This document shows, piece after piece, positions 7,505 through 16,649 of a stretch of 62,373 bases of DNA; the stretch's first letter is position 1, and each line of letters begins with the position of its first letter. The notes beneath the pieces were generated by a model. The model did not search any database and was not told the DNA's origin. It was given only the letters and a program-made list of their open reading frames with translations. The DNA lies in the NCBI GenBank assembly GCA_035281265.1, contig DATEEF010000125.1, forward strand, positions 1 to 62,373. Reading direction: 5' to 3'. The position numbers and the translations under genes were made by a program. Source of the DNA: Steroidobacteraceae bacterium. Its GTDB lineage: Bacteria > Pseudomonadota > Gammaproteobacteria > Steroidobacterales > Steroidobacteraceae.

Positions 7505-9565
7505 TTGACGACGACACCACGCCTCTTGCGCGCGGCCCTGTGGGTGGGTATCGCGATCCTGGGCGCTGCGGGATTCGGGGGCATCGCCCTGAACCGCGGC
7601 GAGAGCATCAACGCGCTCTGGTTCGTGGTTGCCGCCGTGTCGACCTATCTCATCGGCTACCGCTTCTACAGCGGATGGATCGCGGCGCGCGTGTGCCGGC
7701 TGGACGCGACGCGCGCGACCCCGGCGGAGCGCCTCGACAACGGGCGCGACTTCATGCCGACGCACCGGTCCATCGTGTTCGGCCACCATTTCGCCGCCAT
7801 CGCGGGTGCGGGCCCGCTGATCGGCCCGACGCTCGCGGCCCAGTTCGGCTACCTGCCCGGCACGCTGTGGCTGCTGGTCGGCGCCGTCCTCGCCGGGTGC
7901 GTGCAGGACATGCTGGTCCTGTTCTGCTCGACGCGCCGCGACGGGCGCAGCCTCGCCCACCTCGCGCGCGACGAGCTCGGGCGCTTCGGCGCCGCCGCGG
8001 CGATGCTCGGTACGCTTTTCATCATGATCATCCTGATGGCGGTGCTCGCGCTCGTCGTCGTCAAGGCCATGGCCCACAGCCCGTGGTCCACCGCGACCGT
8101 GTTCGCGACGATCCCGATCGCGATCCTGGTCGGGATCTACCTGCGATTCCTGCGCCCGGGCCGCGTGATGGAGGCGACGGCGATCGGCGTCGCGCTCCTC
8201 CTGCTCGCCGTCGCCGCGGGCGGCTGGGTCGACCAGCACCCGGCGCTGCGGGCCTGGTTCGACCTTGGCGAGCGCGCGCTCGCCGTGTTCGTGATCGCGT
8301 ACGGGTTCGTCGCCGCGGTGCTGCCGGTCTGGCTGCTGCTCGCGCCGCGCGACTACCTGTCCACCTTCGTGAAGCTCGGCGTGGTGTTCCTGCTGGCGTT
8401 CGCGATCGTGGTGCTGCAGCCCGAGATCCACATGCCGGCGATCACGCGATTCGTCGACGGCAGCGGCCCGATCTTCAGCGGCAAGCTGTTCCCCTTCCTC
8501 TTCATCACGCTCGCCTGCGGCGCGATCTCCGGCTTCCACGCGCTCGTGTCGTCGGGCACGACGCCCAAGCTGATCGCGCGCGAGACGGACGTGCGCATGG
8601 TCGGTTACGGGTCGATGGCGCTCGAGTCCTTCGTCGCGATCATGGCCCTCGTCGCCGCCTGCGTGCTCGACCCTGGGGTCTACTTCGCGATCAACACGGC
8701 GGCGGGCGTCGTGGGCGCGGATCCCGCGACGGCCACGGCGACGATCTCGTCCTGGGGATTCCCGGTGACGCCGGGCCAGATGCAGGAGCTCGCCTCCAGC
8801 ATGGGCGAGCAGTCGCTCTACGGGCGCACGGGCGGCGCGCCGTCGCTCGCGGTCGGCATGGCCCACATTTTCGGGTCCGCCTTCGGCGACGGGCTGTTCG
8901 CGGTCTGGTACCACTTCGCGATCATGTTCGAGGCCGTATTCATCCTGACCGTGCTGGATGCGGGGACGCGTGTCGGGCGATTCATCATGCAGGACGCGCT
9001 CGGCACGCTCTGGGAGCCGCTCGGCCGCACGTCCTGGAATCCCTCGGCCTGGGCCGCGAGCGTCCTCGTCTGCCTTGGCTGGGGTTACTTCCTCTACATC
9101 GGCGTGCTGGATCCCAACGGCGGCATCAACATCCTGTGGCCGTTGTTCGGGATGGCGAACCAGATGCTGGCGGCCATCGCGCTCGCGGTGGTGACGGCCG
9201 TGTTCGTGAAGTCGGGACGCCTGCGCTACGCCTGGGTCCCCGGCCTGCCGCTCGCCTGGCTCGTCATCGTCACGACGACAGCCGCCATCCAGAAGGTCGC
9301 GAGCGACGACCCGCGTATCGGCTTTTTCGCCGCCGCGCGCGACCTGGCGGCAAGGCTCGCCGCCGGGGCGCTGCCGCCCGAGCGCTTGGCGGTCGCACCC
9401 AAGCTCATCTTCAACCTGCATCTCGATGGCTGGCTGACGGTCGCCCTCCTCGCCATCGTCTGGATCATCGTTGTCGACATGGCCCGAGGATGCTGGCTGC
9501 ACCTGAGCGGACGGCGGGTGGCGCCGTCCACGGAGTCGCCTTACGTCGCGACGCAACTCGCATGA
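7505..9565 (+). CDS. cstA: carbon starvation protein A (peptide/pyruvate transporter family)
   Basis: CstA hallmarks LWFVVAAVSTYLIGYRFYS, FGHHFAAIAGAGPLIGP, many TM helices. TTG 7505 sits behind AAGGACAGGAA. The ORF-track start 7451 is an alternative. Confidence 0.9.
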   Translation: MTTTPRLLRAALWVGIAILGAAGFGGIALNRGESINALWFVVAAVSTYLIGYRFYSGWIAARVCRLDATRATPAERLDNGRDFMPTHRSIVFGHHFAAIAGAGPLIGPTLAAQFGYLPGTLWLLVGAVLAGCVQDMLVLFCSTRRDGRSLAHLARDELGRFGAAAAMLGTLFIMIILMAVLALVVVKAMAHSPWSTATVFATIPIAILVGIYLRFLRPGRVMEATAIGVALLLLAVAAGGWVDQHPALRAWFDLGERALAVFVIAYGFVAAVLPVWLLLAPRDYLSTFVKLGVVFLLAFAIVVLQPEIHMPAITRFVDGSGPIFSGKLFPFLFITLACGAISGFHALVSSGTTPKLIARETDVRMVGYGSMALESFVAIMALVAACVLDPGVYFAINTAAGVVGADPATATATISSWGFPVTPGQMQELASSMGEQSLYGRTGGAPSLAVGMAHIFGSAFGDGLFAVWYHFAIMFEAVFILTVLDAGTRVGRFIMQDALGTLWEPLGRTSWNPSAWAASVLVCLGWGYFLYIGVLDPNGGINILWPLFGMANQMLAAIALAVVTAVFVKSGRLRYAWVPGLPLAWLVIVTTTAAIQKVASDDPRIGFFAAARDLAARLAAGALPPERLAVAPKLIFNLHLDGWLTVALLAIVWIIVVDMARGCWLHLSGRRVAPSTESPYVATQLA

Positions 9566-9750
9566 AGCAATTCCTGCACCGTGCACGCGGCTTGTGGAGC
9601 GGACTGCGCTCCCTCCTCGGGGACGACGCGTACGAGCGCTACCTTGCACACCGTGAAGTACGGCACCCCGGCGATGCGACGCTTGACCGGCGAAGCTTCT
9701 ACCTGTCGGAGCTTGACCGGCGCTGGGCGCGCATCAACCGCTGCTGCTGA
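9562..9750 (+). CDS. ybdD: YbdD/YjiX family small protein (DUF466)
   Basis: 62 aa taken from the tail of ORF 7540..9750. The ATG overlaps the cstA stop (ATGA). DDAYERYLAH...HPGD...RCC end resembles E. coli YbdD, which also follows cstA. Confidence 0.85.
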   Translation: MKQFLHRARGLWSGLRSLLGDDAYERYLAHREVRHPGDATLDRRSFYLSELDRRWARINRCC

Positions 9751-9762
9751 GCTCGTGCCTGC

Positions 9763-10173
9763 TCAGCGCATGCGTTCGATGAGGAACTGTCCACTTTCCA
9801 GGGTTTCCGACTCGGTTTCCGCGAGGACGCGCAGGCGACAGGGGCCGATTGCCTGGAACGGCGTGACCGCGAGGATGCCGGTCATGGACAGCCACCGCGC
9901 CCAATCGGGCGTGTCGCCCGCATTGAGTTTCTCCGGGTTCGCGACCAGTTCCGAAAGCACGTCGCCGCCGCGGGCGAGTCGCAACGTAAGCCGCTCGAAC
10001 GGCTGCTCGCGCGGCGTGCGCACGTGCACGAAGACGCACAGTTTCGGCAAGGTCACCGGAAACGACGGCACGTAAAGGTCCGTGCCATAGCAGCCCATCA
10101 GGGAGAACTTGTTGCCGATCTCCTGGCGGACGTCGTCGCAGAACTGGGCTATGACCGTGCGTTGTCCCGTCAT
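9763..10173 (-). CDS. hypothetical protein (136 aa)
   Basis: I chose the internal ATG 10173 (MTGQRTVIAQFCDDVRQEIGNKFSLMGCYG...). Codons are overwhelmingly G/C-ending and the competing frame (9734..10255) looks like junk. I cannot name a family with confidence. Confidence 0.6.
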   Translation of the reverse strand: MTGQRTVIAQFCDDVRQEIGNKFSLMGCYGTDLYVPSFPVTLPKLCVFVHVRTPREQPFERLTLRLARGGDVLSELVANPEKLNAGDTPDWARWLSMTGILAVTPFQAIGPCRLRVLAETESETLESGQFLIERMR

Positions 10174-10283
10174 CCCTGACCCCGATTGACACGCTGCACG
10201 CGGCCGTCGCGGGATCAGTGTGGCGACGACGATGGCGCGCGTCAAACTGTTGCACAATCGCCCGCGGGTGACGGAGATCCGCC

Positions 10284-12278
10284 TTGCGTGACAGGGACGG
10301 GCAGCTGGTGGGGTACCGGGCGGACGTCGATGGGCTGCGCGCCGTCGCGATCGTCGCCGTGCTGCTTTATCACGGAGGGTTCGGCTTCGCGGGGGGCGGC
10401 TATGCCGGGGTGGACGTGTTCTTCGTCATCTCCGGCTATCTCATTGCGTCCCTGATACTGGCCGAGCTGTCGGCTGGCCGGTTCTCCGTGCTGGGCTTCT
10501 ACGAGCGGCGCATCCGCCGGCTCTTTCCTGCCCTGTTCCTCGTGCTGGCGGCCTGCAGCGTGGCCGCGGTCTGCCTGTTCCTCCCCGACGAACTGAGGCG
10601 CTTCGGCGGCAGCGCGCTTGCGACGTCGGTGTTCGCTTCCAACGTTTTTTTCTGGCTGGAGACCGGGTACTTCCAGACGGCGGCCGAGTTCAAACCGCTG
10701 ATCCACACGTGGTCGCTCGCCGTGGAGGAGCAGTTTTACCTCTTCGTGCCGCTGCTCCTGCTGCTCGGCGTGCGGCGCAGGCCAGCGGCCCTCGGGCGCT
10801 GGACGGCGGGCATCCTCGTGGTGTCGCTCATTGCCGGCGAGTGGGCGGTGCGTGCCGCGCCATCCGCCGCGTTCTACCTCACGCCGTTCCGGGTGTGGGA
10901 GCTTGCGACCGGCGTGATGCTTGCGCTTCCGCGGCGGACCGCTGCGCCGAACAGCCGGACGCGATCGGCCGCGGCCTGGCTCGGCCTTGGATTGGTCATC
11001 AGCAGCGTAGCCATCTTTTCCTGGCAGACGCCATTCCCGGGACTCAGCGCGCTCGCGCCCTGTGCGGGCACTGCACTCCTCATCTGGTCGGGCACCGGCG
11101 GCGACACTGCCGTCAAGCGGCTGCTGAGCCGTCCTCCGGTCGTGTATCTGGGTCTCATCTCCTACTCGCTGTATCTCTGGCACTGGCCGATCCTCAGCTT
11201 TGCCCGGTACTGGGCCGTTCGCGAGTTGAGCACGATGGAAACGGTCGCCTTGCTCGCGGCGTCGGTGGGACTGGCAGCGCTGTCGTGGCGCTTCGTCGAG
11301 CAGCCATTTCGGGCGAGGAACGGAGTCCTGGCCGGACGCAGGTTGTTCGCGGCCGCCGGCGCCGCGATCGCGGGAGTCTGCCTCTTCGGCCTGGCGGCCG
11401 TAATTAGCCAGGGCTGGCCGGGAAGGCTCGACGCGGAAACCCTTCGCCTGGCGAGCTCGAATCGCGACCGGAATCCCCGCACCGCCGAATGCTCCTTCCT
11501 GGATGCCGGGGACCTGTTGCGCGGAAAAGCCTGCCGGCTGGGTGCGGCGGGCGGCGCGCCCTCTTTCGTCGTGTGGGGCGATTCGCATGCCGATGCCTTG
11601 ATGCCGGCATTCGACCAGCTCGCGCTGCGGCACGGCGTGTCGGGGCTTTATTTCGGCCGGGTCGGCTGCCCGCCGCTGCTCGGCGTCGACCGGCCCGGGA
11701 CCGGATTCCATTGCCGCGCTTTCAACGACGCGGCGCGCCGGGCGATCGAGGAATCCGGTGCACGCACGGTCATCCTGGTCGCCCGGTGGAGGCATTTCTC
11801 GAGCGAGCCGCTCTATGGACGCGAGCCTCGCGTGCGGGTGGTCATCAGCGAACCGGGATTCGCATCGTCCGGCGTCGCGGACAACGACCGCGTGCTGATG
11901 CACGGCCTGGAGCGGACCTTGCAGTCGCTGTCCGCATACCGGCTTTTCGTCGTCGCCGGGGTCCCGGAAGTCGGTTACGAGGTTCCGGAGGTTTTGGCGC
12001 GCCTTCGCCACCTCGGCCGGGAATTCGACATCCGTCCCGCCACAGCGGCGTTTGCAGAACGACAACAGCCGGTGCAATCCATGTTTGACCTGCAACGGCA
12101 ACGATCTTCGTTCACGCTCCTGCAACCGTCACGCCGGCTGTGCGACCGCCGGGCTTGCAGGGTCGAGTCGGACGGCAAGCCCCTCTATTGGGACAGCCAT
12201 CACCTGTCGGGCGAGGGTGCGGCTTTCGTCGTCGACGAACTCGAGCCTGCCTTCACGAAGATCGATGGTGGGCCGTGA
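10284..12278 (+). CDS. acyltransferase family 3 (OafA-like) with C-terminal SGNH domain
   Basis: RADVDGLRAVAIVAVLLYH, VDVFFVISGYLI, about 10 TM helices, then a soluble tail with VVWGDSHADAL (SGNH block I-like). GTG 10308 is an alternative start. Confidence 0.85.
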   Translation: MRDRDGQLVGYRADVDGLRAVAIVAVLLYHGGFGFAGGGYAGVDVFFVISGYLIASLILAELSAGRFSVLGFYERRIRRLFPALFLVLAACSVAAVCLFLPDELRRFGGSALATSVFASNVFFWLETGYFQTAAEFKPLIHTWSLAVEEQFYLFVPLLLLLGVRRRPAALGRWTAGILVVSLIAGEWAVRAAPSAAFYLTPFRVWELATGVMLALPRRTAAPNSRTRSAAAWLGLGLVISSVAIFSWQTPFPGLSALAPCAGTALLIWSGTGGDTAVKRLLSRPPVVYLGLISYSLYLWHWPILSFARYWAVRELSTMETVALLAASVGLAALSWRFVEQPFRARNGVLAGRRLFAAAGAAIAGVCLFGLAAVISQGWPGRLDAETLRLASSNRDRNPRTAECSFLDAGDLLRGKACRLGAAGGAPSFVVWGDSHADALMPAFDQLALRHGVSGLYFGRVGCPPLLGVDRPGTGFHCRAFNDAARRAIEESGARTVILVARWRHFSSEPLYGREPRVRVVISEPGFASSGVADNDRVLMHGLERTLQSLSAYRLFVVAGVPEVGYEVPEVLARLRHLGREFDIRPATAAFAERQQPVQSMFDLQRQRSSFTLLQPSRRLCDRRACRVESDGKPLYWDSHHLSGEGAAFVVDELEPAFTKIDGGP

Positions 12279-12340
12279 TGGGATCGAACCATCGACCAAC
12301 TGGTTAAAAGCCAGATGCTCTACCACTGAGCTAACGGCCC
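12266..12340 (-). tRNA. tRNA-Lys (anticodon UUU)
   Basis: Reverse complement GGGCCGTTAGCTCAGTGGTAGAGCATCTGGCTTTTAACCAGTTGGTCGATGGTTCGATCCCATCACGGCCCACCA. 7-bp acceptor stem, anticodon loop CTTTTAA, encoded CCA. Close to E. coli tRNA-Lys. Confidence 0.95.
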
Positions 12341-12414
12341 GTTCGCGGCCGCGGATCATACCTGAGCATGGGGGGCGCCAACACCCGCCGCGGCTGGCGG
12401 CATAATAGGCGCTC

Positions 12415-13167
12415 ATGAGCCGCGTCGTTCACCCTGCTGTCGCCCGCTGGCGCGCAGCCGACGACGGCGATGCGACCCGGTTCTGCTCCACCTGCGCATT
12501 CTCCAGCGCCTGCCTCGATCAGGGCATGGACAAGTCCGCACTCAGGGACCTGCACCTGCTGGTCGAGCACGTGGGTCCCTTCGCGCCCGGCCAGCACGTG
12601 TTCCGCACCGGCGATCCGTTCGAGGCCATCGCCGCCGTTCGGCAGGGCACGGTGAAGACCTGGCGCGTGGATCGCGAGGGCCGCGAGCAGGTCCTCGGCT
12701 TCCACCTGCCGGGCGAGGTCATCGGGCTCAGCGCCATCGAGAACGAGCGCTACCCCTGCAACGCGGTCGCGCTCGACGAGGTCCAGCTGTGCCGTTTCTC
12801 GTTTCCGCGCATCGCCGTGCTGGCGACGAGGGTTCCCGGCCTGCAGAGGGAATTGTTCCGGCTCATGAGCCGCGACATCGGGCACGCCGAGCGACTCGCC
12901 GGGGATCATCCGGCCGACGCGCGCCTCGCCGCATTCCTCCACGACCTCGCGGAGCGCCTCTCGCGGCGCGGATTCCCGCCGGGGCGGGTCCATCTCGCGA
13001 TGCCCCGCGCGGATATCGCGAATTACCTGCGCCTCGCGCCGGAAACGGTGAGCCGCCTGTTCAGGCGCCTCCAGGATTCGGGACTTCTTCGCGCGCGCGG
13101 CCGGGACGTGGAGCTGCCGGATTTGCAGGGGCTCGCTCGCCTCGCCGAGCCCGCCCTCGGCAATTGA
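12415..13167 (+). CDS. fnr: Crp/Fnr family transcriptional regulator, FNR/ANR type (oxygen-sensing)
   Basis: N-terminal Cys cluster CSTCAFSSAC plus central Cys (YPCNAVA), matching the FNR [4Fe-4S] ligand pattern. cNMP-like barrel. Recognition helix RLAPETVSRLFRRL (E--SR motif). Confidence 0.85.
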   Translation: MSRVVHPAVARWRAADDGDATRFCSTCAFSSACLDQGMDKSALRDLHLLVEHVGPFAPGQHVFRTGDPFEAIAAVRQGTVKTWRVDREGREQVLGFHLPGEVIGLSAIENERYPCNAVALDEVQLCRFSFPRIAVLATRVPGLQRELFRLMSRDIGHAERLAGDHPADARLAAFLHDLAERLSRRGFPPGRVHLAMPRADIANYLRLAPETVSRLFRRLQDSGLLRARGRDVELPDLQGLARLAEPALGN

Positions 13168-13177
13168 CCTACATCAA
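13164..13177. promoter_or_regulatory. FNR/ANR-type operator TTGAC-N4-ATCAA upstream of the NO reductase gene
   Basis: TTGACCTACATCAA differs from the TTGAT-N4-ATCAA consensus at one position. It overlaps the fnr stop codon and is centred about 61 nt upstream of the norB ATG. Confidence 0.6.
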
Positions 13178-13231
13178 GGCGGGAGAGGGCCCGAAAATCG
13201 AACATTCGCCCAGGTAGCCGGAGGTGATGCG

Positions 13232-15511
13232 ATGGACAACACACGCAAGCTGTGGATAGGCCTGGGGGCGCTGCTCGCCATTTCCTTCTCGGTCCTGCTG
13301 TTCATGGGCGGCGAGATACACCGCCAGGCGCCGCCGTTGCCGGAGCGTGTCGTTTCGACGGACGGAAAGGTCCTGTTCGAGCGCGCGGACATCGAGCGGG
13401 GCCGGCAGGTGTGGCAGTCGCTCGGCGGCATGCAGCTCGGCTCCGTCTGGGGGCATGGCGGCTACGTGGCACCGGACTGGACGGCCGACTGGGTGCACCG
13501 CGAGGCGCTTGCCGTGCTCGACCTGTGGTCGCGTCGGCGCGGGTCGTCGGCATTCGCCGATCTCGACGCGGCGGGACAAGCCGGACTCATCGGCGAGCTG
13601 AAAGAGTCGATCCGGCGCAACACCTACGACCCTGTGACACGCTCGATCAGGCTCGATGAGGACCGCATCGCGGCCATCTCGAACGTCGCGGCACATTACG
13701 AAAGCCTGTTCGGCAATGATCCAGCGACGGCGACGCTGCGCGAAGCCTATGCAATGAAGAACGACACGGTGGCCGACCAGGCGCGCCGGCACGCACTCTC
13801 GGCCTTCTTCTGGTGGACGGCCTGGGCGGCCATGACCGAGCGGCCCGGCCGCGAGGTCACCTACACCAACAACTGGCCCGGCGAGCCGCTCATCGGTAAC
13901 GCGCCGACGGGCACGATGTACCTCTGGTCGGCGTTCAGCGTCCTGTTCCTCATTGCGGGCATCGCGCTGCTGGGCTGGCACCACGCGACGACGCACGGCC
14001 GCGAGGCAGGCGGGCATCGGCTGCCTGACACGGACCCGCTGGCGCTCGTGCGCGTCACACCTTCCATGCGGGCGACCGCCGCGTACTTCTGGATCGTCCT
14101 CGCGCTGTTCCTTGTGCAGATCCTGCTGGGCGCCATGACGGCCCACTACCAGGTCGAGGGTCAGGAGCTCTACGGCGTGCAGCTGTCGGACCTGCTCCCG
14201 TATACGTTGACGCGCACCTGGCACACGCAGCTTGCAGTGCTCTGGATCGCGACCGCATGGCTCGGCACCGGCCTCTACATCGGGCCGGCCATCTCCGGCC
14301 ACGAGCCGCGCTTCCAGCGCGCCGGGGTCGTGTTCCTTCTCGTCTGCCTCGTCGTCATCACGGTAGGTGCCTTCACGGGCCAGTGGTTCGCGGTGATGCA
14401 GAAGCTCGATCTCGAGCTCAACTTCTGGTTCGGCCACCAGGGCTGGGAGTACGCCGACATCGGCCGCTTCTGGCAGTGGTTCCTGTTCATCGGCCTGATG
14501 CTCTGGCTGACCCTCGTCGGCCGGGCGCTGTGGCCGGCCCTCAGGCGCGGCGGCGAGTCGCGGTCGATCGTGGCCCTCCTGTTCCTGTCCGTCGTGTGCA
14601 TCGGGCTCTTCTTCGGCGCCGGGCTCATGTGGAACGAGCACACGCACCTCTCGATGGTCGAGTACTGGCGCTGGTGGCTCGTGCACCTGTGGGTGGAAGG
14701 CTTCTTCGAGGTCTTCGCGACCGCGGTCATTGCCTTCCTGTTCACGCGGCTCGGACTCCTGCAGGCACGTACGGCGACGGTGGCGGTCCTGTTCGCGACG
14801 ATGGTTTTCATGGCGGGCGGCGTGCTCGGCACCCTGCATCACCTCTACTTTGCCGGCACGCCGACCGCCGTCCTCGCCCTCGGGGCGAGCTTCAGCGCGC
14901 TCGAGGTCGTTCCGCTCGCCTACATAGGTTTCGAGGCCTATCACACCTGGAAGCTCGGCCGCGCGACGCCCTGGATGTCCCGCTACAAGTGGCCGATCTA
15001 CTTCTTCGTGGCGGTCGCCTTCTGGAATCTCGTCGGCGCGGGACTTTTCGGGTTCCTCATCAATCCCCCGCTGTCGCTGTACTGGATGCAGGGCCTGAAC
15101 CTGACGCCCCTGCACGGCCATACGGCACTCTTCGGGGTGTACGGCATGCTGGGAATCGGCCTCGTCCTGTTCTGCCTGCGGGGCCTCAAGCCGGGCCTCG
15201 TGTGGAACGAGCGCCTGCTGGCGACGACCTTCTGGTCCCTGAACATCGGCCTTGCGCTGATGGCACTGCTGACGCTGCTGCCCCTCGGGACGATGCAGCT
15301 GCTGGCCGCGATCGAGCACGGCTACTGGTACGCGCGCTCGGCGGAGTTCATGCAGCAGCCGATCGTCGAGCTCCTCATCTGGCTGCGCGTGCCGGGGGAC
15401 ACCATCTTCAGCATCGGCGCAGTCACCTTCGCGTGGTTCGTGCTGCGGCTGTGGGTGGGCCCGAAGAGCAGCCCGGCCATTCCTGCGGGCACCGAGCCGG
15501 TCGCGCGCTGA
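13232..15511 (+). CDS. norB: quinol-dependent nitric oxide reductase (qNOR, single-subunit NorB/NorZ)
   Basis: 759 aa. Haem-copper oxidase-like 12-TM core preceded by an N-terminal extension of about 250 aa with one TM and no CxxCH. No norC adjacent. GGAGGTG SD. Confidence 0.9.
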   Translation: MDNTRKLWIGLGALLAISFSVLLFMGGEIHRQAPPLPERVVSTDGKVLFERADIERGRQVWQSLGGMQLGSVWGHGGYVAPDWTADWVHREALAVLDLWSRRRGSSAFADLDAAGQAGLIGELKESIRRNTYDPVTRSIRLDEDRIAAISNVAAHYESLFGNDPATATLREAYAMKNDTVADQARRHALSAFFWWTAWAAMTERPGREVTYTNNWPGEPLIGNAPTGTMYLWSAFSVLFLIAGIALLGWHHATTHGREAGGHRLPDTDPLALVRVTPSMRATAAYFWIVLALFLVQILLGAMTAHYQVEGQELYGVQLSDLLPYTLTRTWHTQLAVLWIATAWLGTGLYIGPAISGHEPRFQRAGVVFLLVCLVVITVGAFTGQWFAVMQKLDLELNFWFGHQGWEYADIGRFWQWFLFIGLMLWLTLVGRALWPALRRGGESRSIVALLFLSVVCIGLFFGAGLMWNEHTHLSMVEYWRWWLVHLWVEGFFEVFATAVIAFLFTRLGLLQARTATVAVLFATMVFMAGGVLGTLHHLYFAGTPTAVLALGASFSALEVVPLAYIGFEAYHTWKLGRATPWMSRYKWPIYFFVAVAFWNLVGAGLFGFLINPPLSLYWMQGLNLTPLHGHTALFGVYGMLGIGLVLFCLRGLKPGLVWNERLLATTFWSLNIGLALMALLTLLPLGTMQLLAAIEHGYWYARSAEFMQQPIVELLIWLRVPGDTIFSIGAVTFAWFVLRLWVGPKSSPAIPAGTEPVAR

Positions 15512-15524
15512 CGGGGACAGGCGG

Positions 15525-15938
15525 ATGATCGAGTACTACCTTCCGATACGCAGCACGCACATCGCCGCCGTCCTCGCGAGCGGCGTGCTCTTCCTCCTCC
15601 GGGGAACGCTCGTGCAGTGCGGAAGGCAGGCCTGGGCGCTCGCGCCGGTGCCGCGCTACCTGAGCTACGCCATCGACACGACGCTGCTCACCGCGGCACT
15701 GATGCTCGTGGCCATCCTGCCGGCGGCCGTGTACGAGAACGGCTGGCTGGCGGTGAAGCTGGCGCTTTTGCCCGTCTACATCGGACTCGGGTGGTTCGCG
15801 CTCCGCGCGCAGGACCGGCGGCTGCGCCTCGCCAGCCTGGCGGGCGCGGCGCTCGCCTACGGCACGATGTACTCGATCGCCCGCGCACACGACCCGCTCG
15901 GACTGTTACAGCTCTTGTCCCACGCTGTTCCCGGCTGA
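15525..15938 (+). CDS. SirB2/YchQ family membrane protein
   Basis: 137 aa, 4 TM helices. Pattern HIAAVLASGVLFLLRG ... YAIDTTLLTAALMLV resembles E. coli YchQ. Confidence 0.6.
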   Translation: MIEYYLPIRSTHIAAVLASGVLFLLRGTLVQCGRQAWALAPVPRYLSYAIDTTLLTAALMLVAILPAAVYENGWLAVKLALLPVYIGLGWFALRAQDRRLRLASLAGAALAYGTMYSIARAHDPLGLLQLLSHAVPG

Positions 15939-15950
15939 TTGCGAAATGCG

Positions 15951-16649
15951 TCAGGCGGCAGGGTCCTGCACGCCCGCAGCCGCAAACCCTTCGCGCCGCA
16001 GCCGGCAGCTGTCGCAGCGACCGCAGGCTCTGCCGGCAGCGTCCGGCTGGTAGCAGGACACGGTCAATCCATAGTCGACGCCGAGCGAGATGCCGCGCCG
16101 GATGATGTCGGCCTTCGACATCTCGATCAGCGGCGCGTGCACGGTCATCGGGCGACCTTCGACGGCGGCGCGCGTAGCGAGGTTCGCGAGGTGCTCGAAG
16201 GCGCGGATGAACGCAGGCCGGCAGTCCGGATAGCCGGAGTAATCGACCGCATTGACGCCGATGTAGATGTGCTGCGCACCAAGGACCTCCGCAAATCCCA
16301 GCGCGCAGGCCAGGAACACCGTGTTCCGTGCCGGGACGTAGGTCACCGGGATGCCATCCGTCGGATTCTCCGGCACGGCGATGCCGCGGTCCGTGAGCGC
16401 CGAGTGCCCGAACTGGCCGATGGGCATGGTGAGCACGCGATGCTCGGCTGCACCCAGCGCCGTCGCGACGCGCCGTGCGGCGGCAAGCTCGATGGCATGC
16501 CGCTGGCCGTAGTCGAACGACAGCGCATGGCAGCGATGCCCGCGTTCCCGGGCGATCGCGAGCGTCGTCGCCGAGTCGAGCCCGCCCGAGAGGAGCACGA
16601 CGGCAGGCTGGCCGGCAAACGAGGCGGCTTCAGCGTCCCGGGACGTCAC
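15951..16649 (-). CDS. queC: 7-cyano-7-deazaguanine synthase
   Basis: [15 protein letters not shown]-loop, and C-terminal Zn cluster [21 protein letters not shown] 16649 is the only start that leaves the first beta-strand intact. It overlaps the queE end by 20 nt. Confidence 0.88.
   Translation of the reverse strand: MTSRDAEAASFAGQPAVVLLSGGLDSATTLAIARERGHRCHALSFDYGQRHAIELAAARRVATALGAAEHRVLTMPIGQFGHSALTDRGIAVPENPTDGIPVTYVPARNTVFLACALGFAEVLGAQHIYIGVNAVDYSGYPDCRPAFIRAFEHLANLATRAAVEGRPMTVHAPLIEMSKADIIRRGISLGVDYGLTVSCYQPDAAGRACGRCDSCRLRREGFAAAGVQDPAA

Noticed and set aside
7491-7507. Two GGA motifs (AAGGACAGGAA) at the cstA start, reminiscent of CsrA/RsmA binding sites (cstA is a CsrA target in E. 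coli).
   Set aside because: The same purine run serves as the ribosome-binding site. Two GGA triplets alone are not enough to call a CsrA site.
6308-9649. Very long ORFs antisense to or out of frame with real genes. Examples: 6308..9649 (-, 1113 aa), 138..2375 (-), 13169..15319 (-), 45189..47621 (+), 50859..53522 (+), 29962..31902 (+), 36242..38536 (+).
   Set aside because: Their translations are Arg/Ala/Gly/Pro/Asp-rich low-complexity strings with no motifs. They mirror well-supported genes on the other strand (cstA, ABC permeases, norB, ftsK, clpA, sucA, GCS2). Stop-poor antisense frames are expected at about 70% G+C.
9746-9767. 7-bp hairpin GCTGAGC-N8-GCTCAGC covering the stop codons of convergent ybdD and the 136-aa hypothetical gene.
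   Set aside because: The stem is short with no U-tract on either side, too weak to report as a terminator feature.
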